From a virus (lineage: Duplodnaviria > Caudoviricetes): 64,000 nucleotides of DNA. Every line of letters starts with the position of its first letter. Positions within the stretch are counted from its first letter, which is position 1. Where the stretch lies: the IMG/VR virus record IMGVR_UViG_2667527945_000002, positions 17,984 to 81,983 of that record. The stretch is one strand, 5' to 3'. Under the pieces are notes generated by a model that worked only from the letters and a program-made list of their open reading frames with translations, did no database searches and had not been told where the DNA came from. Below, piece after piece: positions 58,653 to 64,000 of the stretch. Made by a program: the position numbers and the translations under genes.

Positions 58653-59336
58653 ATGAAAGGTAATCAGTACACGCATATTATTGTTGACGAGTGCCAGCAT
58701 ATGGACCAAAGGTTTAAACGTTCCCGTATTAGCAGTGCAATGAGTGGTCAAATGGAAATGTCGTATGACACCTCAATGAAAAGAGCAGCCATAGAGGCAG
58801 GAAGAGATACAGGCAAGCCTTTATTGAGAAGGGCCATGCTTGATATTGAGTTTGCAAAGGCGCCTGAGTCACCGCTCTTTGATTTTAACCTTGCTCAAGA
58901 GTCTATGAAGCAGCAAATTTACGACGCCATGGGTGTTCCAGAGAGGCTTCTTGGTCAAACGACAGCTTCAGGGGGGAGCGATGTGTTTACACGCTTGGAG
59001 CTTGGAAAAGAAAAGGAGTGGGAGTTTAACTATGACTCAATAGCAAAGGTGAGCCTTGATATTGAGCACAGTATGAACCACACAGAAGCTGTAAAGTTTA
59101 TAACATGGCTTACATGCAGCATCCGACAGTTTGGGTTCACCTCTTTAGAAGAAGCGAGAGAAGCTGGCTACAAGTTTTTAACGCTTGAGAGTTTGGCGTT
59201 TCGTAATCCATTTGATACGAAAAAAGAGAAAGAAGTTGTTATTTTAACGCCAATGGGAGACAAATTTGATAGCTATGTCATTACAGAACGAGCTTTGCTG
59301 GCTGCGAATGCGCTTTTTGATAAGGAGGTTGATTGA
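58653..59336 (+). CDS. hypothetical protein carrying terminase-Walker-B-like and portal-like peptides
   Basis: GNQYTHIIVDECQH and QQIYDAMGVPERLLG. Confidence 0.55.
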   Translation: MKGNQYTHIIVDECQHMDQRFKRSRISSAMSGQMEMSYDTSMKRAAIEAGRDTGKPLLRRAMLDIEFAKAPESPLFDFNLAQESMKQQIYDAMGVPERLLGQTTASGGSDVFTRLELGKEKEWEFNYDSIAKVSLDIEHSMNHTEAVKFITWLTCSIRQFGFTSLEEAREAGYKFLTLESLAFRNPFDTKKEKEVVILTPMGDKFDSYVITERALLAANALFDKEVD

Positions 59337-59662
59337 TGGATATAGGACGGATGGCTTTTCTTCTTAAACACCAAACCTTTGCGTTGCGCTACCAAGTTCT
59401 ACGTAAGATGAAAAAATTGAAAATAGACTGGCTAATGACGAAGGGGGAGGTGAAAGTGAAGGGATTACGTTATCAAAAAAGAATTAAACTCCTACCTTTT
59501 CTTTGGGTGAATATTTCCAAGTCTAACTTTTCAATTACCATTGGAAACCGATTTATTAAATTTAATATAGGTCGTCGTGGTATTTGGTTTAGTGGCTCAT
59601 TGGTTGGGACAGGCTTGTCTTTTAGAAAGAAAGTGCCAATAAAGAGCAATAATAAAACGTAA
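59333..59662 (+). CDS. DUF4236-like protein
   Basis: LRYQKRIKLLP...NISKS..S.TIG....N.G..G......GTGLS.R. Confidence 0.7.
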   Translation: MMDIGRMAFLLKHQTFALRYQVLRKMKKLKIDWLMTKGEVKVKGLRYQKRIKLLPFLWVNISKSNFSITIGNRFIKFNIGRRGIWFSGSLVGTGLSFRKKVPIKSNNKT

Positions 59663-59745
59663 ATAGAAAGAATTAAAACAAATACCCACCTAATACCAAA
59701 AGGGTATCAAGTGGGTATTAAATAAAAGCCCATTAAGGATATGAT

Positions 59746-60135
59746 ATGTCAGTAAAACAAGCAGAGAAAAACAAACGCAGACAAGCGAGAAAGAAAGCAA
59801 AGGCAAAGGTTGTTAAGTCGGCAGCGCCAGCACCAGAGCAGAGCGTTATAGATAGCGTCCGTCCTCGTTTGATCGAGTACATTCAAAGTGAGCAGAAATA
59901 TCTGGATGTATTTGCGTCTCTTGAGCGAGGACAGGTTTATCTAGTAGCGACAGAAGGGCCGGACACTAAGCACATGGCGCTAACAGAGCAGGAATACCTT
60001 AGCTTAATGCCTAAAGGTGACAGAGAAGCGTTGGCGACACAGTTTGCATTGTTGACCACTGAAAAGGTTGTCGGGTACACAGAAGACGATACAGGCTTTA
60101 TGACCTACTGCTTCACGGAAGATGAAGTGCTATAA
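59746..60135 (+). CDS. hypothetical protein
   Basis: AAGGA RBS, basic N-terminus. Confidence 0.6.
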   Translation: MSVKQAEKNKRRQARKKAKAKVVKSAAPAPEQSVIDSVRPRLIEYIQSEQKYLDVFASLERGQVYLVATEGPDTKHMALTEQEYLSLMPKGDREALATQFALLTTEKVVGYTEDDTGFMTYCFTEDEVL

Positions 60136-60215
60136 CCTCTGATATTTTTGTATAGATGCTTGCTGGATGGCAGCGGTGAATAATGACACCGTTCACTTAA
60201 CATTCAGGAGCATCT

Positions 60216-60692
60216 ATGAACACCTTCCTCGCCTCATTAAAGGCAAAACTCAGCAAGTGCTGGTTCTTCGTCCGCTACACCGATAAGCTGCCGTCTTGGC
60301 AAGCGGGTAACGCTCGTCTCTTCTTGATCACCATCCGCAACACCAAATCCCATGATGTTGGGATCCTTGAGCATGAAAAATGTCACGTTAAGCAGTGGTG
60401 GGCACTCTTCTTACTCATGTCTGTTATCGGCTGGCCTGCGCTGTACTTCTTCTACACCGATCCGGTGCTCATGATTGTCAGTGCTGCGATCGTCGGATTG
60501 GCGCCAGCGCTCCATGCGTTTTTGTATCTGTTGGTGCGACCGTACCGCCAATGGGCCGAAGTTCAGGCGTACCGCATTCAGATTGAGCGGGGTGGTTATA
60601 GCGACAATCGCTTTGCCATTCGGGCGTTGATGAACCCTAAATATCGACTAAAACTCACAGAGTCAAAAGCTGCAGCGTTGCTGGGCCTCTGA
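60216..60692 (+). CDS. membrane protein with HExxH zincin-like motif
   Basis: LEHEKCHVKQW, two TM segments, EVQAY. Confidence 0.65.
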   Translation: MNTFLASLKAKLSKCWFFVRYTDKLPSWQAGNARLFLITIRNTKSHDVGILEHEKCHVKQWWALFLLMSVIGWPALYFFYTDPVLMIVSAAIVGLAPALHAFLYLLVRPYRQWAEVQAYRIQIERGGYSDNRFAIRALMNPKYRLKLTESKAAALLGL

Positions 60693-60769
60693 CAACAAAC
60701 TTGTGTTGTGCTGATAGGCGGGGAAACCGCCTATATTGGCTAAGTTATCGTCATGTATAGGGAATCACA

Positions 60770-61420
60770 ATGAGTACAATTCAGGTAATTATGTTCTGCT
60801 TAATGTCATGGTTTTTTATGACGTTGGGTGTTTATTTATGTGTGGGTTTATTTGGCAAGAAAGAGCAAGTTAAAACCCTTCGACCGTTTAAAGAGTTCAG
60901 TATTTCTTATTTATTGGTCATGCTGGTTATCTTATTTCTAACGCCAGAAAGAGACGTGTTAAAACAATTACTATGGAGTCCGACACAGGGCTATGAAGCA
61001 ATAGGAACGCTATCGGTTCTCTTTATGCTTTTTTATTCCATTACATTAATTATAAGTCATTTGGTGGGCCATTCTCCCACGGCTAATAATATTCAACTTC
61101 GTTCTGGTGAAGCCTTTCTGTTATTTCGTGGTGGTAACAATGAAAAGCGATATCTATCCATTGATGTGCGAGATATGGCGTCGGTATTACGTTCTAAGCG
61201 GTCGTTACTTGCCGAAATACAGGGGAGTGAAACCCTGCTCGATGCGACCTGCCGGATTCAAGATCAGTACGAACAGGGCGGTTATGATTTGGTGATCGTC
61301 GATACCACTGGAGCTGGGTATGCCTTGCGTGAAACACTGAAAACCCATTTGACCCGTATTCCGGTTGTGGGAGCACTGCCTTCTGGTCCCGTGTCGGATT
61401 ATCACGTTCTCCCCGCTTAA
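60770..61420 (+). CDS. 3-TM membrane protein with C-terminal RNase H/terminase-nuclease-like segment
   Basis: Hydrophobic N-terminus; LSIDV...DLVIVDTTGAGY. Confidence 0.55.
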   Translation: MSTIQVIMFCLMSWFFMTLGVYLCVGLFGKKEQVKTLRPFKEFSISYLLVMLVILFLTPERDVLKQLLWSPTQGYEAIGTLSVLFMLFYSITLIISHLVGHSPTANNIQLRSGEAFLLFRGGNNEKRYLSIDVRDMASVLRSKRSLLAEIQGSETLLDATCRIQDQYEQGGYDLVIVDTTGAGYALRETLKTHLTRIPVVGALPSGPVSDYHVLPA

Positions 61421-61435
61421 TCCTCATTATTGAAC

Positions 61436-61461
61436 AAAAAGCCGCCTACGGGCGGTTTTTT
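61436..61461. terminator. intrinsic terminator
   Basis: AAAAAGCCGCC-TACG-GGCGGTTTTTT. Confidence 0.8.
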
Positions 61462-61550
61462 ATTGTCACCAATAAATACCCGAACAAAACCACAAAATAA
61501 AACAGTTACCACGTCACTTTGTGGGTGAGTGAAAATCACCTCCTTACCTC

Positions 61551-61584
61551 TCAATTTCTGAGAAGTGTCATTCTCGGAAATTGA
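61551..61584. other. VloxP-type recombination site (13-8-13)
   Basis: TCAATTTCTGAGA-AGTGTCAT-TCTCGGAAATTGA; arms match the published VloxP as recalled. Confidence 0.9.
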
Positions 61585-61639
61585 CAAATTAACCTTTTTC
61601 AATCAATATGGTTGCATATTGTAAGAAGGACCCCGACCG

Positions 61640-62229
61640 ATGGCACAATCCGAAAGCCCTAAAATTGACAGCAAGCTCATCAATAGCGATTGGTTTATGA
61701 ACCCAGTAGATTTGCCTACCTACAAATCCGAGTACACAAAATGGTTGTCTCAAGTTTTGAAGAGAACCACCAAAACACACATTTGTCGATTGGTGGGTTT
61801 GAGCATACTGATTGTTGCACCATTCATGCAGTTTCTGACTTAACAGGCTATTCAATACCCAACATTATTTATCGGCTAAAGCGAAAAAAAGAACATGAGA
61901 CTTGGCTCGTTGTGACGGGAGAAAAGAGCATACCTGTGTTTTCAAAGTCTCAGGTTGTGAAGGTTGTTAAAAAGGAGGCGTTTGCTAAGGAGTCTTCAGT
62001 AACCATAGCTAAGGCTGAGGTTCTAATGGGCATACCTCTCGCTAAGTTAAAGAGAATCTTCTATAACCCTGAACAGTACTCCAAAGATAACATGGAGAAG
62101 TATGAAACCCTTTTGCCTTTGGTCTACCTCCCACTTTCAGGAAAGTGGCAAGTTGATCTTAGCAAAATTGAGCTGTATCTGAAGAATTACGGTGATGAGA
62201 AAAAGTTATTATCTAGTGAGCATGAGTAA
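61640..62229 (+). CDS. hypothetical HTH-like protein between lox and cre (probably split at the T-run ~61755)
   Basis: AAGGA RBS at 61627; one added T joins the 61640 and 61690 frames. Confidence 0.5.
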
Positions 62230-62234
62230 TTTAG

Positions 62235-63377
62235 ATGACTGAAAATCAGCTTTCCCTGCTTGGCGACTTTTCCGGTGTAAGGCCGGATGACGTTAAAACC
62301 GCCATACAGGCAGCACAAAAGAAAGGGATTAATGTTGCAGAGAACGAACAGTTCAAAGCGGCGTTCGAGCACCTGCTTAATGAGTTTAAGAAACGGGAAG
62401 AGCGTTATTCTCCTAACACATTGCGTCGGCTTGAAAGTGCATGGACCTGCTTCGTTGACTGGTGCCTTAGCCACCAACGACACTCATTGCCGGCGACGCC
62501 TGATACGGTTGAAACATTCTTTATAGAACGGGCAGAAACGCTGCACCGGAACACGCTATCTATCTACCGTTGGGCGATCTCCCGTGTTCACCGTGTGGCG
62601 GGTTGTCCAGATCCTTGCCTTGATATTTATGTGGAAGACAGGTTAAAAGCCATTTCACGCAAGAAGGTGAGAGAGGGTGAGACCATCAAGCAGGCTTCCC
62701 CATTCAATGAAGAGCACTTATTGAAACTAAGCACGTTTTGGTATCGCAGTGACAAGTTACTGCAGCGTCGTAACTTGGCTTTGTTGTCCGTGGCCTATGA
62801 GTCCATGTTGCGAGCCTCTGAGCTGGCAAATATTCGTGTTAGCGATTTAGAGTTAGCAGGGGATGGCACCGCGATACTGACTATTCCAATCACTAAAACT
62901 AACCATAGCGGCGAGCCGGATACCTGTATTCTCAGTCAAGATGTGGTCAGTTTGCTGATGGATTACACCGAAGCTGGCAAGCTTGATATGAGTGGCGAAG
63001 GCTTTTTGTTTGTGGGTATTTCTAAACACAACACCTGCATTAAACCTAAGCAGGATAAGGAAATGGGCGACGTTATTAATAAGCCTATCTCTACCAAAAC
63101 AGTAGAGGGCGTGTTCTATGCAGCGTGGCTAACTCTTGACTTAGAGCGTCAAGGAGTCAAACCGTTTACCGCACATAGCGCTCGCGTGGGTGCTGCTCAG
63201 GACCTGCTTAAAAAAGGCTATAACACATTACAGATCCAACAGTCTGGCCGCTGGTCCAGTGGGACCATGGTAGCGCGGTATGGTCGAGCTATTTTGGCGC
63301 GTGATGGTGCAATGGCGCACAGTCGTGTCAAAACACGCACTGCACCGATGCGCTGGGGTTCAGATGATTCAAGTTAG
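62235..63377 (+). CDS. cre: VCre-type site-specific recombinase
   Basis: ENQLSLLGDFSGVRPDDVK N-terminus and LRASEL, HSARVG, GRW, MVARY motifs nearly identical to VCre of Vibrio plasmid p0908. Confidence 0.95.
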   Translation: MTENQLSLLGDFSGVRPDDVKTAIQAAQKKGINVAENEQFKAAFEHLLNEFKKREERYSPNTLRRLESAWTCFVDWCLSHQRHSLPATPDTVETFFIERAETLHRNTLSIYRWAISRVHRVAGCPDPCLDIYVEDRLKAISRKKVREGETIKQASPFNEEHLLKLSTFWYRSDKLLQRRNLALLSVAYESMLRASELANIRVSDLELAGDGTAILTIPITKTNHSGEPDTCILSQDVVSLLMDYTEAGKLDMSGEGFLFVGISKHNTCIKPKQDKEMGDVINKPISTKTVEGVFYAAWLTLDLERQGVKPFTAHSARVGAAQDLLKKGYNTLQIQQSGRWSSGTMVARYGRAILARDGAMAHSRVKTRTAPMRWGSDDSS

Positions 63378-63549
63378 TATTGATTGAGTATCTAAGAGGT
63401 ATTTATTTGATATTGGTCAGGTATTGGCTTTATTTTTGACCGAACAAACGAACGCTGTTCGTTCGTGTATTGTGTTTGTTCGGAATGGTGCTTATACTTT
63501 AATCAGTTTTTAAGGGGAGCTAAACAATGACAACGACGACTTTAGCAAT

Positions 63550-64000
63550 TTCGCCGTAAACCCTCGCCCGATGAGGGCGGGGATATAAGGCGTAAGACGC
63601 GATAGCGTCTTAATCTGGGGTTGATTGACTTTCCACATAAGCTTTTAATGTTTCAATAGTCGCACCGCCAGCAGTGCAAGCAAAGTATGAACGAGACCAC
63701 AGGGCGGAGCTTTTGCTCTGCCTTGTAAGGTGCGTGTTTTGTAGTCGTAGCATACGAGATGAAACTGCTTTTAAGTTGTTAACCATTACGCTGATTGAAA
63801 GTTTTGGAGGGTATGAGATCAGTAAATGAACGTGATCCTGTTCACCATCCATTTCTATCAATTCGCATTCGAGTTTTACACACGCTGACTCAAAAACTTC
63901 CCTTAACTGTTCGATCATAACTCCAGTAAACAACTTGCGTCTGTACTTCGTTGTAAATACCAGATGAACAACCAATTTGCTCACGCTGTGCCTTTTTCTG
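63550..64000 (-). mobile_element. IS200/IS605-family element (partial)
   Basis: Subterminal hairpin CCCTCGCCC-GATGA-GGGCGGGG at ~63561 and tnpA gene. Confidence 0.8.
63610..64000 (-). CDS. tnpA: IS200/IS605 Y1 transposase TnpA (start beyond the window)
   Basis: HLVFTTKYRR, DHVH (HUH), LWSRSYF, Y..SQ motifs. Confidence 0.92.
   Translation of the reverse strand, partial: RKRHSVSKLVVHLVFTTKYRRKLFTGVMIEQLREVFESACVKLECELIEMDGEQDHVHLLISYPPKLSISVMVNNLKAVSSRMLRLQNTHLTRQSKSSALWSRSYFACTAGGATIETLKAYVESQSTPD

Noticed and set aside
61605-61622. AphA box upstream of the lox-cre operon (AATATGGTTGCATATT)
   Set aside because: Half-site spacing does not fit the recalled ATATGCA-N6-TGCATAT consensus
11570-61760. 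Apparent pseudogenes or programmed frameshifts in darA (~11575), pro (~26355), repA (~29020), 31457, 39543, 42885, yejK (~43018), SNF2 (~47301), 56282 and 61755
   Set aside because: Each is repaired by adding one base to a homopolymer run, including in essential genes; this is the signature of unpolished long-read errors rather than decay or recoding. Phase variation cannot be strictly excluded without reads.

Overview
About 64 kb of a P1-like temperate phage-plasmid, almost certainly from a Vibrio host. It carries a VCre recombinase and VloxP-type site of the p0908 family, and host-type AphA, RdgC and YejK homologues. Order: tail/baseplate genes (pmgG-bplB-pmgC-tub-pmgB-sit-pmgA-bplA-gp16-R-S); Dar anti-restriction cluster (hdf, darA, ddrA, ddrB, darB, ulx); portal and prohead protease; type Ib par pair; Rep3 iteron replicon; dam; rdgC; a second TrfA-like iteron replicon; KorC-like repressor; divergent early operons around an integrase-like gene; lysis cassette; pacA/pacB with pac site; accessory genes; lox-cre; and the end of an IS200/IS605 element. 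About a dozen single-base deletions in homopolymer runs (probably long-read errors) split genes. Repairing three of them reveals the most interesting gene: a hidden ~250-aa VqmA-like PAS-LuxR quorum-sensing receptor next to a LexA-controlled HTH gene. The phage also encodes an AphA homologue. Other hidden structure includes nine dispersed 11-bp-phased centromere-like arrays, a candidate +1 frameshift in the tail chaperone, a late-promoter consensus, KorC-type operators and candidate terminase/portal decoy proteins. All homology calls are from recalled sequences and motifs; no database search was run.
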